In this document: positions 1 through 15,984 of the stretch, in pieces | Layout: every line of letters starts with the position of its first letter | Numbering within the stretch: position 1 is the first letter of the stretch | NCBI RefSeq assembly: GCF_009914755.1 | Contig: NC_060935.1 | Direction: 5' to 3' (one strand) | DNA from: the human T2T-CHM13v2.0 reference genome, Homo sapiens | DNA: 64,000 bases | Position numbers and translations under genes: made by a program | The notes under the pieces: generated by a model | Seen by the model: the letters and a program-made list of their open reading frames with translations, nothing else | Database searches by the model: none | Told to the model about the DNA's origin: nothing

Positions 1-93
1 TTAGAGTCAAAACAAATTCTGTTCCCATAAAATCTTCCTTAATTACATTCACCACATTTTGCTTTCTCCTGATTTTGGTGTTTTATTAATTTC

Positions 94-667
94 TCAAAGA
101 ACTGAAAATAGAACTGCCATTTTATCCAGCAATCCCACTACTGGGTATCTACCCAAAGGGAAAATAAATAATTATATAAAATTCTACCTGCATTCATATG
201 TTTATCACAGCACTATTCACAACAGTAAAGTCATGGAATCAACCTAAAAGTCCATCACTGGATGATTGCATTAAAAAAATGTGATAAATCATGGACTACT
301 ACTTAGCCATAAAAAAAAAAATCATGACTTTTGTGGCAACATGGGTGGAACTAGAGGCCATTATCTTACGTAAAATAACTCAGAAACAGAAAGTCAAACA
401 CCACATGTTTTCCTTTATAAGTGGGGGCTAAATAATGTGTACACCTAACATACAGAGTAGAATAATAGACACTGGAAACTCTAAAAGGTGGGAAATTCAG
501 TGGCGGGTGAGGGATGAAAAATTACCTACGGGGTACAAGGTATACCTATTTAGGTGATGATTATACTAAAAGCCCAGACTTTACCACTACATAATGCACC
601 ATGTAACAAAATTGCACTTATACCCCCTAAATCTATAAAAAGAAAAATAAAATAAATAAAAAATAAA
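94..667 (+). mobile_element. L1 3' end (L1PB/L1MA class)
   Basis: ccagcaatcccactactgggtat ... cccagactttaccactac ... A-rich tail. Confidence 0.85.
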
Positions 668-2695
668 TGCTTTGTTGTCCTTTCAACAACTTTTACAGTA
701 TCTTCATAGTAACGGAGGATGCAGTGAGCCAAGATCACACCACTGCACTCCAGCCTGGGCAACAAGAGTGAAACTCCTTCTCAAAAAAAAAAAAAAAAAG
801 AAGAAAGAAAGAAGCCACGTTCTTTGTACATCCATAAGAAGCAACTCTTCATTCATTGAAGTTGTATCATGAGATTGCAGCAATTCAGTCACATCTTCAG
901 GCTCCACTTCTACTTCTAGCTTTCTTGCTATTCGCACCACTTTTGCTGTTACTTCCTCCACTGAAATCTTGAAGCCCTCAAACTCATCCATGAGGATTGG
1001 AGTCAACTTCTGCCTAACTCCTGTTAATGTGCATTTTTGACCTTCTTCCATAAACCATGAATGTCCTTAATGTCATCTAGAATGATGAATCCTTTCCAGA
1101 AGATTTTCAGTCTACTTTGCCCAGATCCATGAGATGAATTGCTATCTAAGGCAGCTCTAGCCTCATGAAATATATTGCTTAAATAATAAGACTTGAAAGT
1201 CAAAATGACTCCTTGATTCAAGCAAAATGGATGCTTGGTTAGCAGGTGTAAAAACACCATTAATCTTCTTGTACATGTTCATCAGAACTCCTGGATTACT
1301 AAAATATTACTAAATGAGCAGTAATACTTTGAAAGGCATCTTTTTTCCTGAGTAGTAGGTCTCAATGGAGGCATTAAAATATTTAGTAAGCCATGCTTTA
1401 AACAGATGTGCTGTCATCTGGACTTTGTTGTTTTATTGATAGAGCATAACAATTTTTAAGGGCCCTAGGATTTTCAGAATACTAAATGAGCATTGGCTTC
1501 AACTAAGTCACCAGCTGCATTAGCCTCTAACAAGAAAAGCAGCATGTCTTTTGCAGCTATGAGGCCAGGCATTGACTTCTCCTCTCTAGCTGTGGAAGTC
1601 CTAGATGGCATCACCTTCCAATAGAAGGCTGTTTTGTCTACATTGCAAATCTGTTGTTTAGTAGCTACCTTCATCAGTGATCTTAGCTAGATCTTCTGGA
1701 TAACTTGCTGCAGCTTCTACATCAGCACTTGCTGCTTCACCTTGCACTTTTAAGTTACAGAGATGGCTTCTTTCCTTAAACCTCATGAACCAAGCTCTGT
1801 TAGCTTCAAACTTTTCTTCTTCAGCTTCCTTACCTCTCTCAGCCTTCATAGAATTCAAGAGAGTCTGGGCCTTACTCCAAATTGGGTTTTGGAAGGCCCA
1901 GACTGACTGCTCCACAGAACAGCTTTTTCCCCATCTCTTTCCATCTATGCCCCTTTCCTCAGGCCTCCCTACTTCCTGAGACACAGAAATATTTGTGGCT
2001 GATTTGATCTTCTATCCAGACCACCAAAACTTTCTCCATATCAGCAATAAGACTGTTTCACACTCTTATTACTCGTGTGTTTATGGAAGTAGCAATTTTA
2101 ATTCTCTTCAGTAACTTTTTCTTTGTTGTCACAACTTGGCTGTTGGGTGAAACAGGCCTAGCTTTTGGCTTGTCTCAGCTTTCAACCTGCCGTTCTCACT
2201 AAGCTTAATCATTTCTAGCTTTTGATTTAAAGTGAGCAACGTGCAACTCTTCCTTCCCCTTGAACACTTAGAGGCCAATGTAGGATTATTAATTGGTCTA
2301 ATTTCAGTATTTCTGTGTCTCAGGAAATAGGGAGGCCTGAGGAAAGGGGCATAGATGGAAAGAGATGGGGAAAAAGCTGTTCTGTGGAGCAGTCAGAACA
2401 CAAACATTTATCGATGAAGTTAACTGTCTTATGTGGGCATGATTCGTGGCCCCCCAAGATAATTATAACAGTAATATCAAAGATCCTTGATCATAGATCA
2501 CCATAACAGATATAATAATAATTTAAAATTTAAAATATTGCAAGAATTTCCAAACCGTGACACAGAGACAAGAAGTGAGCACAGGATGTTGGGGAAATGG
2601 CCCCAGTAGACTCGTTGGATAAAGGGTTACTACAAACCTTCAATTTCTTAAAAATGTGATTTCAGCAAAGCACACACAAAAAAAGATATACCTGT
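668..2695 (-). mobile_element. Tigger1 DNA transposon (pogo/TcMar), degenerate
   Basis: Transposase-like ORF fragments ([48 protein letters not shown]); terminal ...tatacctg. Confidence 0.9.
713..812 (+). mobile_element. Alu 3' fragment inside Tigger1
   Basis: gcagtgagccaagatcacaccactgcactccagcctgggcaacaagag followed by poly(A). Confidence 0.9.
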
Positions 2696-3684
2696 TCAAA
2701 AGGCCTGGGATTTATAGCATATGTGAAAGCAGATATAGATGCCAGAAGGTTGTGGAAAAATGAAGAAAAGTTAATTTTTGAGAGATTATATCCATTAAGA
2801 AAAATAAAAATATGGTCTCTATCAGCTTAGAAACTGAAAGAAAAAAAAATAATCTATAATTGTATCTGCATCCATATAGGCATTGTGTTAATAAGGCCTA
2901 CTTTACATGGCCACCACCAATGACCTTGCTGTGGACATCATCTCTGTTTTAGAGATATGGTGACAATGACTATCACAAGGACATTGAATAGCATGAAGCC
3001 TGAAACAAGGGTGGTCTCTGGCTCTGTATCCATGTTGTTTCATAAACTGGGTTGGTCAGGATGAATAATGTCCTACTATCCACAACCAGAAGAATATCTG
3101 TGAAAGGGCAACAGAACCAGGGCCCTTAAAATCTGTCAATTACCCTCTACAAACTCATTGTGTATACACATGGATTATTTCTAGTACATCTAGCCAGATT
3201 GTTTCATTTCAACTCTACCCATTATTGAGCTTTGGATGACACTGGAATTTTCTGCCCAAAATATAGGGATTCTCCCTCTCTGAGCAAGTCAGCACACAAT
3301 TTATGGCAAATAATAAATACAGCAGTTTCCCTTTGTCATCATACTTTCTTTGACACAAGTAAAGCTGGTGACTCAGAATTGTGGGCCCACGTCGTGGGGA
3401 TATGGCTGCAACAGAAGAAAAATGAACAAGTCCTGAAGATAGGAAAAATCTGCAAAAGAGCTGATTCAGAGAGGACAGGCTATCTATCACCAAAGACCTT
3501 TCTGACCCAAGGTCTGCTGATATCATATAAGAAATAAAGGACTGAGAAAGTCACAAGGCCTAGGACTATGCTGAATAAGATAGAGAGGTGCAGATTTTGC
3601 AAAGGCCTGTATTATCAAAGTTTTCAGACCTCTCCTCAAGAGTCGAAATGGTCAAGTGTATACCTTGGAAGAAAATACTTATAC

Positions 3685-3878
3685 AGACTGGGGTGAATGG
3701 GAAGTTGTTATTGAGTGGGTAGGGTCCGTATAGTTTGAGACGATGAATAAGTTCTGGAGATAAATGGTGGTGACAGCTACATAAAAATGTGAATGTATTT
3801 AAGGCCACTGAAATGGTACACTTAAAAATTATTAAAATGGTAAATTTTATGTATTGTATATTTTACCACAATAAAAAA
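3685..3878 (+). mobile_element. L1MB-type 3' end fragment
   Basis: gttctggaga...cactgaaatggtacacttaaaa...ttttaccacaataaaaaa. Confidence 0.75.
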
Positions 3879-4029
3879 CCATATTTACAAAAAGCATTTC
3901 AGTAGCAAACAGTAACTAGTTTTGTAAAGCAAAAATTTAGAAAGTGGTCAGGCAATGTTATGCCCATTTAATGCCTGTTTTTAAAAAGTGAAGAGTCTTG
4001 GCTCTAGAACTAGGTACTGGTTTCATATC

Positions 4030-5360
4030 AGAGCATCTGAGCTTCACCTTTCACTAGTTCTGTGACATTAGGCACATTATGTCATTGTTCTAAGACTCAG
4101 TTTTCTCATCTATAAAATGGGTCAATTATATAACATGTCATGTTTAGGATTGCTGAGGGGGTAAATGACATTATCCACATAAACTGCCTGTGCTGTAAGT
4201 GTTTGGGAATTCTTAACTATAATGTTGTTATCATTATTGTGTTGTTATTGTTGACAACTAAATTCAGACATTACTGAATTGTCTGAACACAAAAGCCTTC
4301 AACACAGTTCTTAGGAGGAGAGAAAGGTAAGAGCACACAGTTAAATCAATAGGAAATTTATTAAATGCATATTATAATTCAATCTTCTGCTAGGTGCTAG
4401 GTACTGGGAAAAAGAAAATGAACGAAAGACAAAAACACACCATAGGCCCTAAAGAAGTTTACAACCTCACTGAGGAGATAAAGTAGATACATGACACATT
4501 TCAACAGTGTCGAGTGCATAACAACATTCAAGGTCCTTCACTGGTGCCACTCTTGGGAGAAGAGAAAGCCCTTCCAGGAATAACATGCTGTGGTATTTAG
4601 GTATTCAACAGGCACGTGTCTGGTGTCAGCCAGTCTTGGCCTCAGATCCCACCTCTACCCCTGCAAGTAACCTAATCTCTCTAAGCCTCAGCTTCCTCAT
4701 CAACACAACAGTGATAATATGGGTAACTAACTCAGAGGGTTGTTTCAAACTTTAAATGAGATTGATGCGTGCAATGAATTTAGGACTTAGCACAGATTAA
4801 GCCATCAGTAGAAATTACCTTATTTAATAAAAAATCTAATATGGTAAGCACTGCTTATTCTTATGCAAGAAAATCAGGCCTCAAAATATTAAGGGACTCA
4901 CCCAGTGTCTAGCTAGTACATGGCAGAGTCAGGAATCCAATCCAGATGATAGGACTCCCGACCCAGTGCCCTCTCCACGGTACCAAAACCACCTCTGTGC
5001 TGTTAATGTTAAGTGAGCACTGAGAGAAATTCCTATGGCAATTGAGAAGATGGTTAAAACAATGTCAATAAAGTGGTTAAAAAAAAAAAAAACCTCATGA
5101 ATGAAGTAAAACAGAAAAAAAAAGGTAGGATATTATTCAAAACAATGTTATTGGAGACTTCTTTTCCATACACTATCTCACTGAATCTCTACAACAATCC
5201 TTTGAGACATAATTAGCCCCATTTTACTGTTGAGAGAAATGAAACTTGGAGTGGTTAAAACAAAAACTTATAGAATGTGCCAAGATTAGTAAGAGGAAAC
5301 ATTAGGATTCGAACTGATAGAATCAGTTCTATCTGATTTCAAAATCATTGCCTTTAATCA
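4030..5360. mobile_element. Cluster of MIR/L2 fragments
   Basis: MIR core motifs (ctcagttttctcatctataaaatggg; cctcagcttcctcatc; cccattttactgttgagagaaatgaaactt). Confidence 0.6.
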
Positions 5361-7772
5361 AAGAGAGAAGATTTCCAGATGAGAGAAAAAACATGAGTTC
5401 CTTACTAATTTTTTAGGTGAATAACAAAGACTGAGTGTGAAATAAACAGAGCAAATTCAGGGAGATGGAGTACAGGCAGGGAGGACCCAGGAAAGGAGGG
5501 GAGGAGGAAAGGAATCTGTGAGGTGGATGGAGACGACAAGAGTAATAGCTTAGAGAGAGAGCACCCTTTGGTTTCCTTTAAATCAAGGAGACTTTTGCTT
5601 ATACATTCTCTTTATTCCAATGAATTTGAGCAGAATCTTCCTCCTTTTAGATGTCTTTTTTTCTAAGAATTTGATTTTAATTTCTGTGGCTAACTCCTGC
5701 CAGATAATTAGTATCCAGGGGGATGCAGGAAGAGTTCATTTACCTCCTCAAAAGAAATGGTTCAATCCTGAATCATAATGGAAACTGACTCACTGCAGAA
5801 TCAATCATGGTGATGACCAAGGCCATAGCGGTCTCACTGAAGGCCAGAATCCCTGACACTGCTCATTCACAATACACTAAGATAAAAGTTCAAGGCGGTG
5901 ACTAAGAGCAACTCTGAGACTATGTTTAAACAAAAGGTTGTATGGGTCTGTGAGCTCAACTTTATGGACATCTTTAAAGAAGGCCTCTAAAGGCTTTTGA
6001 GAAAAAGAATTGGCCTTTGAATATCTTGAATTTTAATTAAATTGAATGACCTAAATACAATTTATTGTAGAGTACAGGAGATATCTTTATTTAAATAGAA
6101 ATCACTATTGATTTCTACATTTTGTAGGGGCATGTTATTAAGCACTTATCTGTGAGTCCTCCAAAGAACAATCTTTCATCTGACCAAGCTATTTTAAAGA
6201 CTGATCTCTAAACACGTGAGAGAAGGAAGCAGAGTCTAGTCTTCTCACCAATGACTCTGGGAAATAAGATGAGGCTCCTTCCAGGAGCTATCAGGCATCC
6301 AGCCTCAGGAGTAGCCTATATCCTTCAAGAGAATTCAGAAGGGATTCATGGGGCACCAGGCTCTGCTTTTACTTTTCCCCAGCATTCTTTCCATTCTCCT
6401 GCAATGACAGCAACAGAAAAACTTCTAATCTACAGAAATTCTGCACCTTCCAAAAACTTGATCTATAGATGCCAAAAACCTGCATGGGCAGAATCGTCCA
6501 GTCCTGATGAGAAACAATGATGAGGAAGGATCTGAGTTGGAGCTGCTTCCTTAGGATCTGCAAGCTGAAAAATTGCTTCTCAACAATCCCAATGGTTAAG
6601 TATCATCAGGCAACCAGCTCTTTCCCTGCTGCCGCATAAAAGACCGTCCCCTGTAGAGAAGACAAATGACCCAGATACAATTTCTGGTGATTCCTAAAGT
6701 CAAAGTTTCCTTTGACTACTCTTGGGTAATTAAGTGGTTGTTGCCCCAAAACAATAAATAGTATTTCTACCTCTGTTTCCTGGTTCACTCTTCTGACCAG
6801 TATATTGGAATAATGGACTTAGTAATAAAGACACAAATCCTGAAGATTTAAATTGCAGATCCAGAGCTTTCTAATTCCATTTAATGTGATAACCTCAGGC
6901 ATTTGGGTCAACAGAACCTGGCAAGAGCACTCCAGGTTCTAGGTTCTAGATCCAGATTTCCTTGTGAAGAGACAATCTAATCAGTTCTGCACTATGATCA
7001 CAAGTCACCATTGTTAAGTTAAATAAAACTCTTTTTCTTAGTAATATAAACTTATGTTACATGCTATATAAATTGATGTTCCACCCTTGAATATGCTTCT
7101 TTATATATATTTATTAACCACATAAAGCTAAAAAACATAAAAGCTGCAACATAAATATTCTTCCTAGGGGGTTTTTCTGCATAGGATGAATTGGCTGTGG
7201 TGTCTCTAAATGCAATTTAAATAATGTTTGGACTAAAGGTGGTTTCTTTTCTTGGGTAATATCTCTGCAGCAAATAGGAACATTCCTCACATGTCCAAGA
7301 ACCTCCCGTGTTTAAAATTGTATAACCTTAAGTTTTGTAAAGAATAACCACAATCTGCCATATCCTGAACCTGTTCTGCACTTACATAACAGTTCCCAAG
7401 CAAGATACCACACTGAACTAGACAAGAAATTTAAAGAAGAGCATACTGGTTTGTATGCCATTAGTCTCTAAGACACAAACAGAAAGACTGAACAATTAGG
7501 TTAGGACTATAAATTTGGCCTTCACTATTGTCCTAATCACTGTCATCAACATTCAAAAATATCTGTGAAATATATACATGTATGTATATAGGGTGTATGT
7601 ATACTGTAGAACCCAAATGAGGAACCAAAATATCTGTCAGTATAACTCATTATTTTTTATAATGATTTGGATCTTAGATATTTTGAAAAAACCAATCTTT
7701 TCAAAGTTAAGTTGTGTTTTGTTTAAAATGTGTTTTAAAACTATGCTGAGAAAAAAAATTGTGATAAAATCA

Positions 7773-8181
<409 letters not shown>

Positions 8182-11100
8182 TTAAGAGTTCCAAGATTAG
8201 ACACACTGTCTCTCTCATTCTCTCTCTCTCTCACATACACACACATCCTGCACAGGCTAGTGAGTCCTAACGCACAGGTATAAATGAGCAATTCATTGGG
8301 CACATGAAGGAGGAGGAAGAAGAGCACACAAACCACAGTGGTTAGGAAGACATATCAGAGTTGTTAGAGTCACCAAAGTATAAAAATGATGTAACTAAAT
8401 CCTAATCAGAGGATGGGCCAGAAAGCCAAAGAACATATGTAGTGCATCAGCCAAAATGGTGGAGAGAGCCTTGGAAATTTACAAGGCCAGAACCCTCATG
8501 TTAGGGTTTAGGCATGAAGAAATTAAGTGACTCATTAAGGTTATAGGAGTTAGAAATTTGGAGCATATAGATGAGGTTAATTTAAACACGTACGCAAGTG
8601 CATTTAATTAAGTTTATAAGAACCTTCACATTGATGAGGATATTTTGTAAACAGATCTATCCCACTACAGAGGAATCAAAGGCAAAAGAGAAGGCCTTAT
8701 AATCTTTGCAACTAAAGAGACCTTGAGTCTAAAAGTATCAAAATCAAGGGCTGAGATTTGGCTTTGAGTCCTCTATGTCTATGATGAGTTCAAGGTTTCT
8801 GCTGTCCTCATAGAGAAAACTAAGAGTAATGATTAATGGCAATGACATTTAACCAAGAAATTCTATGTATATCATTGGACTTTGCTTCATATACAATCCC
8901 CTATATATATGTGTGTGTGTATGTATATTACTGAAGGTTAGCAATTCGTGGTTAGGTGGTTTTTTATATTGTTTAATTATGTAATTATGTTCATTCATAA
9001 TTTGTGTTAGATTGTTTTTAAAAGAGTTTATTTTATAACAAAATTAATCAATTGAATAATAATTCCCTCTCTATTGGCTGCCTTGGAGGAAGTTCAGATT
9101 ATTGACTCATGTAGCCAATGTTAGACACTATTGTTTCCCTGGTAATAGCTATTTGAGATGCAGAGATAATATCAAAGATAAAATAACGTGTCCTGTGAAA
9201 GTCTAGGCCAAGGATACAAGAACTTTCTCATACAAATCTGGATTTATGGCTTCTCTTAAAGAGGTGAAAGCTTTAACAAGGCCAGATCCACATTTCCGAA
9301 TGATAACAACCGGCAAAAGCCAAGTTGCAGCTGCCCCTTCTGATGGTATGAGAACTCTGGTTCACCTCCATTCTCACAAGCCAAGATGAATATTTCTGAC
9401 CTGGCCCTGTAGACATTTGAGTTTATGATCCCTGTCATAGTCTTATAGACTTAAATCCAGAATTCCAGCAAGCATCACAGATGTTTAATGTTCTCATTCT
9501 TTAGAGAAAGGATTTATTTTTATTACATTGGAATAAACTCCACTGCCTTTTTGAAATGTTTTAGTCCTTTGAATTTTAGCCAGAAATTGGAATGCTGACA
9601 GTCCTCATTTGTATTAGTGAACTACCTTGTTCTATCAATTTTAGTTTATTATAGAAAATGGATTTGAGAATCTCTAGACTCTAAATTTTAATTCCTAATA
9701 ATAAATCCATAGCTTTCTGCTCTACCTCTTCTAGCATAATTAAGAAGGAAAGTTAGTATTGGAATTATTGAAGAGTTTGAAGAACAGCTACTTAGAAATG
9801 ATAATAAACACTTATGTATCTAGTTTATCACCAAAGCAAGACATCCCACGACATTCAGTAATTAATAGTATGACCTATATATTATTGGGAAAATTAATGG
9901 AGTACATATTTCAAGTAAAATCCATTTAGTAAATGAAAAATGTTTTAGTTCCACACCATTATCCTCAAAAAGAGGTAAGCCAAAATGAATGAATTGATTC
10001 AGTCAGAAAGAGGAATAAGAATCACATAGTTAAGTATGAAGGCTGTTAGAGTCATTTTCACGACATCAGAACTCTGAAGGCCTTTAGGGGTCATGTGGGT
10101 AGAGGCTTTCAGGATTAGGAACTTCAGACTCTCCATCATTTGATTTTTTTTTTCCTGCTTTCATTTCAGAAAATAAAACAAAACAAAACTCTTTGCAAAT
10201 TCTCGCTTAAAGGTTAAGAAACTTTGCTTATTTCTCCTAATTTGGGTATTTTCCCACCTTCCTGAGATGTGCTGTAAGATATCAAAAGCTCAAATATATC
10301 ATCAAGTAATTTTTATGTGGAAATACTTAAGGCAAATCAAGAAAAAACATGTCAAATTCAAGAAGCTTTGGAATTCTTGAATATGCCCCTATGAAAGCAT
10401 TGCAAAATGTTAGTGTTTCTCTTTTGAGACAATTCCACAGCATTTTGATGCCTGACCCAGACACACCTCCTACGTAAGTTTCCCTCTCTGGTCAGTGTCA
10501 TCTCTATTCAACAGACAGGAACTCCAAAGTTCACTCAAGCATTTTAATGATCTCAAGCTGGGTAGCAAGAGCCTGGGGGCTTTTTCTGAGTCATATGGAA
10601 ACTGCTGCAGGGTGACAATCAGAACCTTACAGAATTATCAAGTGTGAAATGAAGGCAACACCAAAGGAAAGAAATTCTCACTATTTTCCAAGGTAGTGAC
10701 CTTTTATCTTCTCCACTTCAAAACTTCATTTTGTGACTACGATGCCTATCAATTACAGAGGTCATTTAAACTCTCAAGAGAAAGAAAGAATTCCACCTTG
10801 CTAAGCAATCCCTGAGCTCAAAGCTTTGATCACACTTCAAAAGAGAACATCTCACACCAAGATCACCCTCTCTTTTATTGGAGGGACAGGACTGATCTGC
10901 CAGTGAGAACAACTGCACGGCTCCAGAGCATCTCAGAGGGTCAGTCTTCCAGGCAGCTGGTTTCTTCTCCCTCTTTTCCTTCATCTGGAATATGAAAGAG
11001 TGAATCAGAAAACAATCTCACTCCACACTAATAAAGGAGTAAGTTGAAATAAGGCCTCTAAATGGAAAGGAGACACTAACGAAACACACCCTCCCAAAAC

Positions 11101-11234
11101 CAAAAGGATGAAACCATTTAGAATGGTAGGTAAAGGGTTTCAGCAGCAGTCAAGGAGGCTGGAAACAACCAACAATGTATGTATCCCTCAACAGTCATGA
11201 ACCTAAGACTCTCAATAATTACTCAATCACGAGG

Positions 11235-11480
11235 GAGTAAGTGTAGTACATTGGCAAGACTCCAAGCTTTAGAGTCTGAAAGACCTAAGTTTAGATACTG
11301 GCTCTGTTGCAGATGGCTTTGTGCTTTGAGTTACTTCATTTCTTTGCATTTCAGATTTCTCATCTCTACATTCCTTTTATAATATCTGTCTTTCAAGATT
11401 GTTGTAAGGGTTGAATGAGATAATACACCTAAAAATGCCAGACACATTCATTGCTTAATGGATGGTAACTATTGTCATGA
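11235..11480 (+). mobile_element. MIR
   Basis: ctttagagtctgaaagacctaagtt...gttgtaagggttgaatgagataat. Confidence 0.65.
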
Positions 11481-12929
11481 TTATTTGTAGCGTTAATAAA
11501 TAGGTGAGAACTATCAGCTCTCTTGCTCTTTCTTTGTTGCCCCTATAGCATGGCATAAATTTACAGTACTCCCTTTGGGTTTCCTTTTCCATCAAAGTCA
11601 AGCTCTGTCATATCCTGTGGCTGAGGCAGGAACAAAAGAGCTAAATATATAAGAGTCAGAGCAGGAAGTTTGGGGCAATCTAAAAAGTGCACCTCTCCAA
11701 CTGGGTGAAGTGAGTACCTGGAACATGGACCTAACTGTATGTGTAAGAAGATGGAATTTTTCTCTAAAAGAAATGTCATTTGTCCTGAGATATAAAATGA
11801 AGCAGACTTTAGACGAAGGAAAGAGAATGATTTCCTGGACTCTCAGGATCCAAACTTGGAGCTTAGGGAAGAGGCTGGTTCCAGGCAGTGCAGAAACCAC
11901 TTAGGAACTAACTTGTTTGAGGTGAGACATCCACATCTGCTGGAAAATGTGTCTGGATGTGCATATGTGCATGTGCATGAACTCATGAGCAGGGCCCCGC
12001 TGGGTAGTGACAGGAGTCAAACCCACACTGGTGTGCAGGGGCAGCAGCGGAGGCTGACACAGAGAGCAGGACTTTCTCTTCCAGCTCTTCTTCCAGGGGT
12101 GTCAGCAGCAGCCCCAGGTCCCCAAGACATCTTAGCTCAGTGGACGAGACTTCCCCAGGATCCCAGATTTCTAGATATCAGCAGTGGCACACCACCTACT
12201 CAGCTCCAGGAAACTACCTCTGTACTGCCAGCAGACAAGGGCAGCACCAGCATGCCAGGTTGCCAGTGTTTCAATAGTGACACCATGTGGCAGTGACAAT
12301 CAGACTTCCTACTTGGCTAAGCCAATTTCTGGTTTTCTTTCCTTGACCTGAATCTTTGGATTGACTAAGAACCTTTTCATTATCATGGGACCAGATACCG
12401 ATGAGGTAAGAGAAACTTGTCACAATAGGTGAGATGGTGAGTCAATAGTTTAATCTGAATGTAAAATACGACAATGTGTGTGCTGCAAACTGGGGAGATG
12501 ATGAGGGAATCACAGTGCTGGAGAAAAATACCTGGAAAGCACGTTAACAGAGGACAGGCCGTCCTCTCCCTAAGCACAAAGAAGTGTGGGAAGCAATAAT
12601 AGGAGCACCATGCCAGTCAGCAGAGGAGGACAAGAGAAACCCTAAGAGCAGACCAGATAGAGTGGCTTTGGCAGGCAGACCAGCAGTCAGCCTCGGAGAG
12701 CACTGGTAGAAAGTGGTAGCCCCCATTTCACAGGACTGAAGCTCAAGAACAGACTTCAGTGCTGGGTGGGGTGGAAGAGCAATGATAACAGAGAAAAACA
12801 AGCCCAAGTCATTGAGGGCTGGGGGCAGGTTAAGCTATGAAGACAAGGACCTCGGACACAGGATCTGGATCAGGAACACACTTATTAGAACACAGCCAGG
12901 CCCTGGTCTCAGGAGTAGAAAATAAGGTA

Positions 12930-13899
<970 letters not shown>

Positions 13900-14827
13900 T
13901 GAGTAGGTCAGTCTAGCCCGGGCAGCAATATTACACTGTTCTGATTCCCCTGAGTCCCTTAAACCCCCTAAACCCACCAAGACACCAGATGCCTGCAAGC
14001 AGGGAGTTACATTTGGTTACAAGCCATGAAGGTGAAAAGGATAAGAAAAGTCAAATCATCGTAAAACCTCTATTTCAGATCCTGTAAGGCCAATGGACTT
14101 CTGTCCCCTTGGTCACAGCTGCTACATGAGGTGGCACTAATGTCCCCTGAGACCAGCAACACATAGGCAGTCAGGTTATATTGTTCTGCTTTTCTCTGAC
14201 CTGTCACCAGAAAAGCAAATAAAACAGTTCTAGACACATGGTCCTGAAGCATGCTTTGTGAGAGGGCATGAACACATGGCAAGCACAAACTTTCCTCATG
14301 CATATTCTCCAATGAGCTATAAGTCAGCAATCTTAGGCTGTCACCAAATCGATCCCTTTCATAACTAATCATGTTTTGCTAACCTTCAGACACACGTAAG
14401 TAACTGACCAATTCCACTTACCTCAGGCATTTTTGTGTGGCCCACTGAGAACCTTTGTCCTAACCCCCTGCAACTGTCAAGCCGTTTTGAGAGTGTTGAT
14501 CTTGCAGGGCTTTTCCCCACCTCCAGCCCCACTCCTACTCCTCATTCCTCCCGTCTCTACTTTCCTTGAACTGAACTGACCAGTACAATCCACATGTCTG
14601 GTACAAACTTAGCCTCTTTTTCACAGCCCCATTGCTTACTTCTCCTTTCTTGCTTTTTAAGGCCCGTTACCATCTTCATCCCTGGCTTCCTACTGGTATT
14701 TCCATTAATGAATGTCCTCTTCAAAACAGCCCAACAGCATAACTCCTGTATGGTGTCATTGTAGGGTATGCTCCACCAGTTTTCAGAATAGAGCAACTCT
14801 CTTAACAACTCTTCTTCCATTATCCCA

Positions 14828-14877
14828 ACACACACACACACACACACACATGCATGCACTCACACACAGACACACAC
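14828..14877. repeat. (CA)n microsatellite
   Basis: Direct reading. Confidence 0.9.
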
Positions 14878-15984
14878 TTCATATGTCCTTCATGTCTGTT
14901 ACTTTGTGACATCAGAGCTCCCACGTACCAATTCAGTTTGAAAGCTACATTATAGCCACAATTCCCTCATAGGAATGGTCACCTCTGAGAAATTTAAGAT
15001 TCTCCTTTTTGCGTCTTTGCAGAGGTTGAAAAGGTGAATCAATCCATGAAAACGCTTTGCTCTTGAGCTCTCTGGGGACATTCTTGCAAATATACTGGTG
15101 CTCTCTGTGCTTTGGGGTATACTAAGTAGTCACCCTTTTATCTCCAGAAGTTTATTTTTAATGAAATGCTGACATTTTAGCATTTCATTGCATATCTGCA
15201 TTCTAGGGTATCTGTCAATAGTGACAGGACTCAAGAAAGCATGAAAAATAATCCACTCATTATCAGTCCTTTGTTGAATTTAACTACAATTGTTATACCC
15301 TTGAAACAGATTTTAGTTGGTAATGGAAAATCAATACAAATAATAAGAGATGGTTTAATCTCCTTAGGTATGTTGTAACTCACGTCATTGCACACATATT
15401 CATTGCCCTACAAACATACTCAGAGAATGACATTCTAGAAAGAAATGCAATGCATAAAGAAAATAATATCAGGGTGCAGATAAAGGACAGTAATTCCTCT
15501 GGCAAAAACAAAATGTCCTTTCGGGGCATATGTGCCAGTCACGCCTATGTGGTAAAGTAAAATTTGGGCAATTTGTCTTATTAAATTGTTCACCCAACAA
15601 CCATATCTGTCTCAAATGATGAAAGAAGTCAACACTGTGTGTCAGGCTGCCTTTTGAAGCATGGTTCCTGACCCTTTCCAGTGTTGGCAGTCTTGTAGCA
15701 GTGATCTTTGACAGACATCAGATTTCATATAACTTTCTTCTCCACTCTAACAAAATGTGCTTCTCTGCTGTACTGACCCAGGAAGAGAAAGCTTGGGTAC
15801 AGTCACCAGTCCTGGGTTCTAGAAAATTCAATAGCCGTTATCACTTTAGGATAGAATACATATTTTTTCTGGTAGCACCAAAATTTGCTATTGAACAAAA
15901 TACTTTACATTCATATTTTCCATGCCTGTCACATCTTGCTATTGGCCTAAGATGGCTTCAGAGAACTGTCAAAAGATAGCCTCA

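Noticed and set aside
3232-3537. 101-aa ORF with an overlapping antisense ORF
   Set aside because: No recognisable homology or clear splice context.
11856-12296. 146-aa ORF in a GC-richer patch
   Set aside because: Non-ATG start and no domain. The patch may be an old ERVL-type LTR, but I cannot assign the family.
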